From: an uncultured Alphaproteobacteria bacterium
Lineage (GTDB): Bacteria; Pseudomonadota; Alphaproteobacteria; HIMB59; GCA-002718135
Direction of reading: 5' to 3'
Length of the DNA: 64,000 nt
Assembly (NCBI GenBank): GCA_902620285.1
Contig: CACNHT010000006.1
Coordinates: forward strand, 857-64,856
The notes beneath the pieces were generated by a model that ran no database searches, was not told the origin of the DNA, and was given only the letters and a program-made list of their open reading frames with translations. Position 1 is the first letter of the stretch; each line of letters opens with the position of its first letter. Shown here piece by piece: positions 45,624 through 55,995 of the stretch. A program made the translations under genes and the position numbers.

Positions 45624-45639
45624 AAAAAGTATACTTTTT
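45624..45639. repeat. Perfect 16-bp palindrome AAAAAGTATACTTTTT immediately upstream of the SBP gene's Shine-Dalgarno sequence
   Basis: Read directly: a24-a28 g t a t a c t35-t39, every position self-complementary. GGAGG follows at 45641. It could be an operator or 5'-UTR hairpin, or chance in A/T-rich DNA. Confidence 0.2.
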
Positions 45640-45649
45640 TGGAGGAAAT

Positions 45650-46831
45650 ATGAAAAAATTACTTCTAGCTGTTATTGTAAGTTTGTCGACTGTAACGACT
45701 GCTGCATTAGCAGAAATTAAAGTAGGAATTATTCTTGGTTTTACAGGACCAATTGAATCTTTAACTCCTGCTATGAGAGATGGTGCTAGAATGGCATTTG
45801 ATGAAGCATCAAACTCTGGAAATCTTTTAGGTGGTGAATCAATTACTATCTTAGAAGCTGACTCAACTTGTGTAGACTCTGCTGCTGCAACTGCTGCTGC
45901 TGAGGATCTAGTTGCACAAGGGGTAACTGCTATTATGGGCGCTGACTGTTCAGGTGTAACAGGTGCAATTAATGCAAACGTTGCGGTACCAAATGGTATC
46001 TTAATGGTATCTCCATCTGCAACTTCACCAGGTCTAAGTAAAGTTCCTGATAATGGAACTTTTTGGCGTACTGCCCCATCTGATGCAAAAGGTGGTCAAG
46101 TATTAGCTAAACTTGCTTTAAGCAGAGGAATTGAAAGTATAGCTGTAACGTATACTAACAATGACTATGGAAAAGGCTTAGCTGAAGTATTTGAAGCTTC
46201 ATTTGCTCGTGGTGGTGGAACTATTACAGCATCTGCAGCACACGAAGATGGTAAAGCAGATTATTCATCAGAAGTTGGTGTTCTTGCATCAGCTGGTGGA
46301 GACGCACTACTAGTAATTGGTTATATCGATGATGGTGGAAAAGGAATGATTGAAGCATCTTTAGATTCAGGTGCGTTTGACACTTTTGTTCTTTCTGATG
46401 GTATGATCGGTCAATCAATTGTAGATAATATCGGTGCTGATCTTGAAGGATCATTTGGTTCTATGCCAGGTGCAATTTCAAAAGGTTCAGCTAAGTTTGG
46501 CGAACTAGCAGCTGCAAATGGCATGGACGGAAGTGCTCCATATGTTGGAGAGTCTTATGATGCTGCAGCAATTATTGCTCTTGCAATTCAAGCTGGTGGA
46601 TCTGCTGATAAGCAATCAATCCTAAACAATATTGCTAAAGTATCTAACGCTCCAGGTATTGTAATTAACCCTGGTCAATTATCATACGGCTTACAAATGT
46701 TAGCTGCAGGTAAAGATATTGATTACCAAGGTGCAACAGACGTAGAATTTAATGCGTTTGGTGATGCTGCTGGTGCGTTTAAAGAGTTAGAAGTTAGTGG
46801 TGGCGAATTCGTTACTGTTGGCGCTCTTTAA
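45650..46831 (+). CDS. Periplasmic substrate-binding protein of a branched-chain/general amino-acid (LIV/HAAT-type) ABC transporter
   Basis: 393 aa. Signal peptide MKKLLLAVIVSLSTVTTAALA. IKVGIILGFTGP, GADCSG, SPSATSP and NNDYGKG are typical of LivJ-like type I SBPs. Strong SD (GGAGGAAATATG). Ala/Gly-rich. Confidence 0.85.
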   Translation: MKKLLLAVIVSLSTVTTAALAEIKVGIILGFTGPIESLTPAMRDGARMAFDEASNSGNLLGGESITILEADSTCVDSAAATAAAEDLVAQGVTAIMGADCSGVTGAINANVAVPNGILMVSPSATSPGLSKVPDNGTFWRTAPSDAKGGQVLAKLALSRGIESIAVTYTNNDYGKGLAEVFEASFARGGGTITASAAHEDGKADYSSEVGVLASAGGDALLVIGYIDDGGKGMIEASLDSGAFDTFVLSDGMIGQSIVDNIGADLEGSFGSMPGAISKGSAKFGELAAANGMDGSAPYVGESYDAAAIIALAIQAGGSADKQSILNNIAKVSNAPGIVINPGQLSYGLQMLAAGKDIDYQGATDVEFNAFGDAAGAFKELEVSGGEFVTVGAL

Positions 46832-46855
46832 TACTTAAAAATTATTTTAATTTAA

Positions 46856-46881
46856 CCCCAGCTTTTTGCTGGGGTTTTTTT
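46856..46881. terminator. Intrinsic (rho-independent) terminator shared by the convergent SBP and livM-like genes
   Basis: CCCCAGC (46856..46862), loop TTTTT, GCTGGGG (46868..46874), followed by seven T (46875..46881) and preceded by AA. The livM stop codon lies inside the T tract. Confidence 0.8.
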
Positions 46882-48253
46882 ATGAATGCCTTATTTTTTC
46901 CGGTATAATTCCTTTCGGCCTATATCGTAAAATTAATAATAAAATTAAACCCATAAATAAGTATCTAAAGTATGGAACGCTATCTAGTAAATGTAGTTTT
47001 AAAGCATTAGTTGGCTCTAATCCTATTGTAAGTTGATTAATAATAAATGTTGTAAGTGGTGCTGCTTCAATCCAAGAAAACCATATGACAAAACCTCCAA
47101 ATATCGCACCTAAATTATTTCCACTACCACCTACAATAACCATAATCCAAATAATAAAAGTGAAACGAAGTGGTCGATATCCTGAAGGTGTAAATAATCC
47201 ATCTAAAGTAACAAGCATTGCTCCTGCAACACCTACAATTGCGGCTCCTATTACAAAAATAATTAAATGTTGTTTTACAACATCTTTCCCCATAGCATTT
47301 GCGGCTGTTTCATTATCTCTTATAGCTCTCATCATTCTTCCCCAAGGTGATAATTGGGCTTTGTTGGCAAAATAAAAAATTATCAACATAACAATCAAAA
47401 ATAAAATAGCGTAAGATAATTTTACAAATATTCCTGAACCATCAATTATAAGATTGTTTAATACTTGTTGTCTATCACTTACATCAATAATGTTATTTAA
47501 CTTTGATGAATTAAGATATGTAACTAAATTTATAAACCAATCAGCATTTTGCAAATCAATTTCATAAGGAACTGGCCTCTTTAAACCGATTACATTTTTT
47601 ACCCCTCTAGATAACCATTCTTCATGTTTTAAAACACTAACAACTATTTCTGAAATACCAAGAGTAACAATAGCAAGATAATCTGATCTTAATCCGAGAG
47701 CTACTTTACCAATTACAAAAGCGACACCTGCAGCAAATAAACCTCCTACAATCCAAGAGAAAATTATTGGTAGTCCAAGACCACCTAAAAACCCTGCTAT
47801 TGCAGGATTAACATCTTCAATATTATGTGTAGCATTTAAATAAAAGTGTCTGATAATTAAAATACCAAAAAAAATTATTAGTGAATTTAAAATGTACCTA
47901 TTTCTTTTTTGAATTACTGTTTTATTAATATACATTACAGCTATCACCAAAACGAATAGCAAAACAAAACTAATACCTAATCCTCTACCTCCAGCCTGCC
48001 ATGACTCTGCAATGGGAGGATAAGAAACAAGCACTGCTGCTAATCCACCCATGGCAAGAAAACCCATTACACCAAAATTAATTACTCCTGCATAACCCCA
48101 AGAAATATTAACTCCCATTGTCATTATTGCTGAAATAATGCACATATTTAAAATTACTAAACTTACTGACCATCCTTGAATAAAGCCTACAAAAATAAAT
48201 AATGAGATCATGATTGTAATAGCTACCCATTCATATCTTTCAAACTTCATCAT
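46880..48253 (-). CDS. livM: LIV/HAAT-type ABC transporter permease (LivM-like)
   Basis: 457 aa polytopic membrane protein. GYAGVINFGVMGF, LRSDYLAIVTLG and RAIRDNETAANAMG are LivM-like. Confidence 0.85.
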   Translation of the reverse strand: MMKFERYEWVAITIMISLFIFVGFIQGWSVSLVILNMCIISAIMTMGVNISWGYAGVINFGVMGFLAMGGLAAVLVSYPPIAESWQAGGRGLGISFVLLFVLVIAVMYINKTVIQKRNRYILNSLIIFFGILIIRHFYLNATHNIEDVNPAIAGFLGGLGLPIIFSWIVGGLFAAGVAFVIGKVALGLRSDYLAIVTLGISEIVVSVLKHEEWLSRGVKNVIGLKRPVPYEIDLQNADWFINLVTYLNSSKLNNIIDVSDRQQVLNNLIIDGSGIFVKLSYAILFLIVMLIIFYFANKAQLSPWGRMMRAIRDNETAANAMGKDVVKQHLIIFVIGAAIVGVAGAMLVTLDGLFTPSGYRPLRFTFIIWIMVIVGGSGNNLGAIFGGFVIWFSWIEAAPLTTFIINQLTIGLEPTNALKLHLLDSVPYFRYLFMGLILLLILRYRPKGIIPEKIRHS

Positions 48254-49263
48254 AAGACTCTTCCCTTAAATATACCTGATGGTCTAATTAATAAAACGAT
48301 GACTAAAATTGAAAATGATACAGCAAATTTATAATCTGTTGAAAGCAATTGTACTAAACCAGTTGGCTCAATTGAACTTGGGAGTAAATAGACAAAAAAT
48401 TTCTTGTAAGCATATGTTACCATAATTTCGGAAAACGCGATGACATAACCACCTACTACAGCTCCAAAAGGACTACCAATTCCTCCAACAATTGCTGATG
48501 CAAATATTGGCAAGACTAAATTGAGATAAATAATTGGCTTATAACTTTTATCTAATCCATAAAGTGTACCGGCAACGCATGCCAAGACGCCTACTATAAT
48601 CCATGTAGTAAAGACTACTCTATCAGGATTAATACCAGATAATAATGCTAAATCTTCATTATCAGAAAATGCTCTCATTGATTTTCCAGTTTTTGTTTTT
48701 TGCAAAAACCAAAAAGTAAAAGTTAAAAGTAAAATAGTAATTAATATTGTAATAACTTGAGATGATTTTAATGCTAATCCTTCATTTAAACCTGTCATTA
48801 CTTTAAACTGTTTCGCTTTCATTATAAATTTCTGCCCATCAGAAAATTTTATAGTTTCTGTTCCAATTATAATTCTTATTATTGCATTTATTACGAACAT
48901 AACCCCTATTGAAACCATTGCTAAAACAACAGGAACACTTTTTTGATATCTGTAATATTGAAAAACAAATTTATCAGAAATAATACATAAGATAATTGTT
49001 GCTATTATTCCTATGGGTAAAGCTAACAAGGCAGTTGGAAGAATTCCTAAACCAATATTTTGCGATTGAAAAAACCACGTAAATAAAATTGTTATCATCG
49101 CTCCAAATGACATAATTTCACCGTGTGCAAAATTTGCAAAACGAAGTATGGCATAAACAAATGTAACTCCAAGTGCTCCAAGTGCAAGTTGAGAGCCATA
49201 AGAAATGCCTGGAATGATAATAAAATTTAAAAGTACAATTATAGAATTTAGAAAATCAATCAT
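48250..49263 (-). CDS. livH: LIV/HAAT-type ABC transporter permease (LivH-like)
   Basis: 337 aa. ANFAHGEIMSFGAM, GKSMRAFSDNEDLALLSGIN, GGIGSPFGAVVGG. Confidence 0.85.
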   Translation of the reverse strand: MIDFLNSIIVLLNFIIIPGISYGSQLALGALGVTFVYAILRFANFAHGEIMSFGAMITILFTWFFQSQNIGLGILPTALLALPIGIIATIILCIISDKFVFQYYRYQKSVPVVLAMVSIGVMFVINAIIRIIIGTETIKFSDGQKFIMKAKQFKVMTGLNEGLALKSSQVITILITILLLTFTFWFLQKTKTGKSMRAFSDNEDLALLSGINPDRVVFTTWIIVGVLACVAGTLYGLDKSYKPIIYLNLVLPIFASAIVGGIGSPFGAVVGGYVIAFSEIMVTYAYKKFFVYLLPSSIEPTGLVQLLSTDYKFAVSFSILVIVLLIRPSGIFKGRVL

Positions 49264-49264
49264 T

Positions 49265-49969
49265 TTACCCTCCTAAAAAAGACTTTCTAACTTCTGGATT
49301 ATTCAATAGTTCTTCACCTGAACCTTCTCTACTATTTTTTCCATTTACTAATACGTACCCTCTATCAGCAATACCAAGTGCTTGTTTTGCATTTTGTTCA
49401 ACCATAAGTATGCCAACACCAGTTTTGCGAACTTCTATAATTCTTGAGAATAACTCATCCATTACTATTGGTGATACTCCTGCAGTTGGTTCATCTAACA
49501 TTAAAATTTTAGGTTTAGTCATAAGTGCTCTGCCAAAAGCTACTTGTTGTCTTTGACCTCCAGATAATTCTCCTGCACTTTGATTTCTTTTTTCTTTCAA
49601 AATAGGAAAAAGGTCATAAACATCATTAATGGTATGAATAATGTCATCCTTTCTTAAAAATCCTCCCATTTCTAAATTTTCTTCTACTGTCATACCAGTA
49701 AACACATTGTTTGTTTGAGGAACAAATGCCAATCCTAAATTAATTCTGTTTTGAGGTAGCATTGAAGAAATTTCCTCATTTGAATATTCAACAGACCCTG
49801 AAGTTAAACTTAACATGCCTAGCAATGCTTTCATTGCTGTTGATTTCCCTGCTCCATTTGGACCAACGATTACAACAATTTCACCCTCATTAACTTCTAG
49901 ATTAATATCTTTAATAATATCGACCCCTCCATATCCAGCGGTCAAATTTTTACCAATTAAGTGATTCAT
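49265..49969 (-). CDS. livF: LIV/HAAT-type ABC transporter ATP-binding protein (LivF-like)
   Basis: 234 aa. GPNGAGKST, LSGGQRQ, MLDEPTAG. Confidence 0.9.
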   Translation of the reverse strand: MNHLIGKNLTAGYGGVDIIKDINLEVNEGEIVVIVGPNGAGKSTAMKALLGMLSLTSGSVEYSNEEISSMLPQNRINLGLAFVPQTNNVFTGMTVEENLEMGGFLRKDDIIHTINDVYDLFPILKEKRNQSAGELSGGQRQQVAFGRALMTKPKILMLDEPTAGVSPIVMDELFSRIIEVRKTGVGILMVEQNAKQALGIADRGYVLVNGKNSREGSGEELLNNPEVRKSFLGG

Positions 49970-49975
49970 AAATTT

Positions 49976-50743
49976 CTAATTCTTATTAACGCCTTTTCCC
50001 AAATAAGCTTCTATAACTGTATCGTTATTTTTCACTTCATTAAAATTTCCTTTAAATAAAACTGAACCTTCAGCCATCACAATTACAGGATCGCAAATTT
50101 TTTCTATGAGATCCATATCATGTTCAATTACGAAAAAAGTATAATTCTTTTCTTTGTTTAATCTTAATATTGCATCCGTAATTTCATTAAGAAGTGTTCT
50201 ATTAACTCCAGCTCCTACTTCATCAAGTAAAACGATTTGAGGATCAACCATCATGGTTCTCCCTAGCTCAAGTAGTTTTTTTTGACCACCAGATAAGTTA
50301 CCTGCAAGTTCTTGAGTTAAGTGACTTAAATTTAAAAAATTTATTACTTCTATAGCTTTTGCTCTTATTTCTTCTTCTTGTTTCTTTACTTTTGAATTAT
50401 TTAACAATGCATAAGATAATTTTTCACCAAATTGATTTGGAGGGACCATCATTAAATTCTCCAAGACTGTTAGTGTAGAGAATTCATGTGCAATCTGAAA
50501 CGTTCTTAGAACTCCTTTTGAAAATAATTCGTGGGGTTTCAAAAAAGAAATATCTTCATTATTAAGAATAATCTTTCCCTCATCAGGATCATATAAGCCA
50601 GCAATAGTATTAAATAATGTTGTTTTTCCTGCTCCATTTGGACCAATTAAACCTGTAATTGAGCCCTTTTCAATTTTCATTGATGCATTATGGACAGCCT
50701 TTAAGCCTCCAAAAAATTTATTAACGTTATTTATTTCAAGCAT
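49976..50743 (-). CDS. livG: LIV/HAAT-type ABC transporter ATP-binding protein (LivG-like)
   Basis: 255 aa. KFFGGLKAV, GPNGAGKTT, LSGGQKKLLE, LLDEVGAG, C-terminal EAYLG. Confidence 0.9.
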   Translation of the reverse strand: MLEINNVNKFFGGLKAVHNASMKIEKGSITGLIGPNGAGKTTLFNTIAGLYDPDEGKIILNNEDISFLKPHELFSKGVLRTFQIAHEFSTLTVLENLMMVPPNQFGEKLSYALLNNSKVKKQEEEIRAKAIEVINFLNLSHLTQELAGNLSGGQKKLLELGRTMMVDPQIVLLDEVGAGVNRTLLNEITDAILRLNKEKNYTFFVIEHDMDLIEKICDPVIVMAEGSVLFKGNFNEVKNNDTVIEAYLGKGVNKN

Positions 50744-51833
50744 TGTGCAATTTTTTTAAATTTCCATTTAATTCTGCATTAAGAACTAATCCTAGGGATA
50801 TAATTATAGCAAGCATTGCTGACCCCCCATAAGATACTAAAGGTAATGGAATCCCAACAACAGGCATTAATCCAGATACCATAGATATGTTCATTATGAC
50901 ATATATAAATAAATTGCTACCAACACCTATAGATAAAATTCTACCAAAAATATGGTTTGACTTAATGCTTATGTAAAAACAGACTGAAATTAATAAAAGA
51001 AAAAGTATAATTATAAACATTGTGCCAATAAAACCAAATTCTTCTCCAATTAATGTAAAAATAAAATCAGTTTGTTTTTCAGGTAAATACTGTAGATAAG
51101 ATTGAGAGCCTTCCAAAAATCCTTTACCAGTTAAACCACCTGATCCTAAAGCAATTTTTGATTGTATAAGTTGATATCCTCTTCCTAGAGCATCTGCTTC
51201 AGGGTTTAAAAAAGAGAAAATTCTATCTTTTTGATATGGTTGTAAATAATTTAAAGACAAAGGAATTGATAGAATTAAAACAAAAAAACCTAATACAAAC
51301 TTCCAAATTCTTATTCCACTTGCAAATAGAATAAGAATTCCAAGCATTGCTATACTTAAAGCAGTTCCAAGATCTGGTTGAATAACTACTAAAATAAAAG
51401 GTAAAAATAAAATTAAAATTGGAAAAAACAAATTTTTTATGCGCTTAATTTGATCAAATTTTAAATCGTGATAAAACCTTGCTAATGCTAATATTATAGT
51501 AATTTTTATTAATTCTGAGGGTTGAATGCTAAAACCAAGTATATTTATCCATCTAGTTGCACCCTTACCAAAAACACCAATTAATTCTACTGAAAGCAAA
51601 AGCAACAATGATAAAATAAAAAAGATATACGCAAATTGATAAATGAACTTAATATTTATAAGAGCTAAAATAACAGCTAAAAATATAAAAAACGTTAATC
51701 TAATTAAATGTCTTGATGCCCAAGGACTATATGACCCTCCTGCGGCAGAATATAAACCTGCGGCACCGATAAAAGAAATTAAGATTACTAAAAAAATTAG
51801 TAAATAATTTAAGTTTTGAATTTTATTTAACAT
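50736..51833 (-). CDS. rodA: Rod-shape-determining peptidoglycan polymerase RodA (SEDS family)
   Basis: 365 aa polytopic. QPSELIKI, TDFIFTLIGEEFGFIG, PLPLVSYGGS. Follows mrdA with a 1-nt overlap. Confidence 0.9.
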   Translation of the reverse strand: MLNKIQNLNYLLIFLVILISFIGAAGLYSAAGGSYSPWASRHLIRLTFFIFLAVILALINIKFIYQFAYIFFILSLLLLLSVELIGVFGKGATRWINILGFSIQPSELIKITIILALARFYHDLKFDQIKRIKNLFFPILILFLPFILVVIQPDLGTALSIAMLGILILFASGIRIWKFVLGFFVLILSIPLSLNYLQPYQKDRIFSFLNPEADALGRGYQLIQSKIALGSGGLTGKGFLEGSQSYLQYLPEKQTDFIFTLIGEEFGFIGTMFIIILFLLLISVCFYISIKSNHIFGRILSIGVGSNLFIYVIMNISMVSGLMPVVGIPLPLVSYGGSAMLAIIISLGLVLNAELNGNLKKLHNA

Positions 51834-53635
51834 TATGTCTCTAAATTTTTTGTAAATTGAAAAATTTCTTTTGCTATAGGTGCTGCTGTCGATGCGCCTG
51901 AACCTCCATGTTCTATTACTACTGAAACAGCATATCTAGGTTTTTGGACTGGCATATATCCTACAAATAAAGCATGATCTCTTTTTTTCCACTCTACTTC
52001 TTTTTTTCTAAAATCATCACTTTCTCTTTCAGCCACAGTAATTCTTCTAACTTGTGAGGTACCTGTCTTACCTGCAAAAGGTGCTAACTCAGATCTAGAA
52101 TTATATGCTGTACCCTTACTTTCATTTACAACTTTAAACATTGAATTTTTAATAATTTTAATTGCATTTTCATATTTTTCTAATTTTTCAAACTCAATCT
52201 CTTTATTTTGTTTGATAATATTAGGTTGTATATTTTTTCCATTAGAGGCAATAATAGATGTCATCACTGCAAGCTGTAATGGATTGGTTAATACAAAACC
52301 TTGACCAATTGCTGAGATTAGAGTCTCTCCAGGATACCAACTTTCATTATATTTTTTCTTTTTCCAATCACGTGAAGGAATAATTCCTTTTTTTTGATTA
52401 GGTAATGGAACATCATAAATTTTTCCTAAACCAAAATCTTCTGCAACTTTAGCAATTTTATCTATGCCAATTTTTTTAGAGATTTCATAAAAAAAAACAT
52501 CACAAGATTCTTTAATTGCATTACTTACATTCATAGATCCATGACCATTACTTTTCCAACAATGATAAAGTCTTTCACCTAAACTAATTTTTCCATTGCA
52601 AAAATGTTTTGTATTTGTATCAATTACACCATGGACTATTCCCGCTATCGCAACAACCATTTTAAAAGTAGAACCTGGAGCGTATAAACCTTGAATACAC
52701 CTATAAGTAAGTGGTGAGAGTTCATTTTCTAAAACTGAATCCCAATATTTCTTATTTGGTTTTTGAATAATTTTATTAGGATTATAAGATGGTGTTGAAG
52801 CCATACATAAGATGTTACCACTTTTTATATCCATTAGTACTGCAGACCCCGCTTTATGTTCTTTTAATAAATTTAAAGCATATTGTTGAATTCTTAGATC
52901 AATAGTAACCTGAATATCATCCCCTTTTTGACTATCTTTTCTGGATATTTCCCGAATTACTCTTCCAAAGGAATTAACTTCAATCTCTCTTTGTCCTGAT
53001 TTACCTATTAGATAAGGGTTAAAACTTTTTTCAATACCATCTTTTCCTATTTCTAAATTAGGCATATTTGAAATAAAAGGTAATTCAACTTCTTCTTGAT
53101 TTGGTTTATTTGTATAACCTATTAAATGAGAAACGGTATTATCAAATTGGTAAGTTCTCATATAATCCTGAGAAATAAATATACCCTCAATATTAAGTTT
53201 ATTTGATTCTATTTTTTCAAGTTGTGACCAATTAATATTTTCTAAGACTTTTATTTTTTCAAATTTTTTTACTTTTTTAGATAATTCTATTATTTTTAGT
53301 CTATCACTAAAATCTATTTTTATAATTTGATTTAATTCATTTAAAGATTTATTTATATTTTTGGTATTTTCAGGAATTATATATACATCAAACACTTTAA
53401 TATTAGATGCTAAAACTATTTTATTAGTATCATATATCTTCCCTCTAAGAGGGTATATAATTTCTACGTCTATTTGATTATTTTTTGAAAGAGTTTTATA
53501 TTTTTGTGAATCCTTTATTTGAATATTATACAGCCTCCACCCCACAATACTAAAAAAGGATACTTTTAATAAATATAATAAAAAAGTTCTTCTATTTAGA
53601 ACTGAATATTGTTTTTTTTCATCCGAATAGAACAT
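51833..53635 (-). CDS. mrdA: Penicillin-binding protein 2 (elongasome transpeptidase)
   Basis: 600 aa. N-terminal TM, SxxK as PGSTFKM, SNG-type motif, GKTGTSQV. Confidence 0.9.
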   Translation of the reverse strand: MFYSDEKKQYSVLNRRTFLLYLLKVSFFSIVGWRLYNIQIKDSQKYKTLSKNNQIDVEIIYPLRGKIYDTNKIVLASNIKVFDVYIIPENTKNINKSLNELNQIIKIDFSDRLKIIELSKKVKKFEKIKVLENINWSQLEKIESNKLNIEGIFISQDYMRTYQFDNTVSHLIGYTNKPNQEEVELPFISNMPNLEIGKDGIEKSFNPYLIGKSGQREIEVNSFGRVIREISRKDSQKGDDIQVTIDLRIQQYALNLLKEHKAGSAVLMDIKSGNILCMASTPSYNPNKIIQKPNKKYWDSVLENELSPLTYRCIQGLYAPGSTFKMVVAIAGIVHGVIDTNTKHFCNGKISLGERLYHCWKSNGHGSMNVSNAIKESCDVFFYEISKKIGIDKIAKVAEDFGLGKIYDVPLPNQKKGIIPSRDWKKKKYNESWYPGETLISAIGQGFVLTNPLQLAVMTSIIASNGKNIQPNIIKQNKEIEFEKLEKYENAIKIIKNSMFKVVNESKGTAYNSRSELAPFAGKTGTSQVRRITVAERESDDFRKKEVEWKKRDHALFVGYMPVQKPRYAVSVVIEHGGSGASTAAPIAKEIFQFTKNLET

Positions 53636-53636
53636 T

Positions 53637-54122
53637 TCATTTATCCAATTTAGTAAATAAAAATACAGTGGGAATAAAAATAATTAAAGAAATTAAAAAG
53701 AAATTAATAAAGGAACTCATATTAAATTTATAATCATGTATTAGATTTGCCAACAATTGTTCGATTAGAAGCAAAATAATTAAAGTTATAAAATAAATAA
53801 ATATTATTTGATACGAAGATAATCTAATTAAATATTTTTTTAGCAATATAAATAGTATTAAAAGAGATATAAATGTAATTAAATGAGCACCTATATTATT
53901 TAGTAAAAATATATCAAATAAAATTCCATATATAAGAGCTACAAAATAAAGGTAATAATGGTAATGATAAAAAATTAGATAAATTAAAGTTAAATGAAAT
54001 AATACATAGAATCCATTATTGATATTAGGAAATAAGATAAAGGAATTTACTGAGATTGAGAAACTTATAATTAAAATGATATTTAGTTTAGAAGAGGAGT
54101 TAAGAAATTTGGAAAACTCCAT
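53637..54122 (-). CDS. mreD: Rod-shape-determining protein MreD
   Basis: 161 aa, very hydrophobic. Assigned mainly by its position between mreC and mrdA. Confidence 0.7.
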   Translation of the reverse strand: MEFSKFLNSSSKLNIILIISFSISVNSFILFPNINNGFYVLFHLTLIYLIFYHYHYYLYFVALIYGILFDIFLLNNIGAHLITFISLLILFILLKKYLIRLSSYQIIFIYFITLIILLLIEQLLANLIHDYKFNMSSFINFFLISLIIFIPTVFLFTKLDK

Positions 54123-54943
54123 TATTTTGAGATAACTATTTGTACATAATCAATATTTTGAAAATCAACAAATGGTAAAACAAAAAATCTATTTTTTTCA
54201 ACTTTAGCTACTTTACCAACTAATAGATCTACAGGAAAAATTTGAGCTGTACCACTTGTTACTACAATATCTCCTAATCTTGGCATTTTATTTTCTTTAA
54301 TAAATGCACTTACTAAATATTTTCCATCTCCTTTTCCAGTAAGTAAAGAAAAAATACCATCAGATATTGATTTTACTGAAATAGATAAATTAGGATCAGT
54401 CAAAAGCATTACTCTAGAATTATTTGATGTTGTATCAATTACCTTGCCTACTAATCCTCTTTCATTAATAGCTGACATATTTTTCTGAATTTTATCTTCA
54501 TTGCCAGCGTTTAAGTTTATTAACTTTGAATAGATGGTATCATTTCTATTAACAAGAGATGCTGTTTTTATAAGGGTTAAATTATTATCAGTTGCATTTA
54601 ATAATTTTTTTAAAACTTTATTTTCTCTTGAATTTTGTATTGCTAATGTCTGCCATTTTTTTAAACGTACAATCTCTTCTTGAAGTATTTTATTTTCGAA
54701 TTTTAAACTTCTAAACTTATTGTATTCATCAACTAAATTGGAAAAAACATTTATTGGTGCTGATATAAATCTTGTAATTGGAGTAATTATTGAACTAGAT
54801 AGATTTTTTATCCCATTAATAAGATACAAATCAGATTTTGAAAAAAAAACTAAAAGAAACGATAATGTAACAATAGAAATAATTGTAAAATTTTTTACTA
54901 AATTTGAGATTTGAAAAACTTTTATTTGGAACTTAGGTGCCAT
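54122..54943 (-). CDS. mreC: Rod-shape-determining protein MreC
   Basis: 273 aa. N-terminal TM, coiled coil (NKILQEEIVRLKK), C-terminal GLVGKV... and GDIVVTSG beta domains. Confidence 0.85.
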   Translation of the reverse strand: MAPKFQIKVFQISNLVKNFTIISIVTLSFLLVFFSKSDLYLINGIKNLSSSIITPITRFISAPINVFSNLVDEYNKFRSLKFENKILQEEIVRLKKWQTLAIQNSRENKVLKKLLNATDNNLTLIKTASLVNRNDTIYSKLINLNAGNEDKIQKNMSAINERGLVGKVIDTTSNNSRVMLLTDPNLSISVKSISDGIFSLLTGKGDGKYLVSAFIKENKMPRLGDIVVTSGTAQIFPVDLLVGKVAKVEKNRFFVLPFVDFQNIDYVQIVISK

Positions 54944-54951
54944 TTTAACAT

Positions 54952-55995
<1,044 letters not shown>

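Noticed and set aside
45650-46831. Horizontal transfer as the explanation for the G+C-richer SBP gene
   Set aside because: The higher G+C comes from Ala/Gly-rich protein composition, and third codon positions remain A/T-biased like the rest of the window. The strong SD and private terminator point to a highly expressed native gene.
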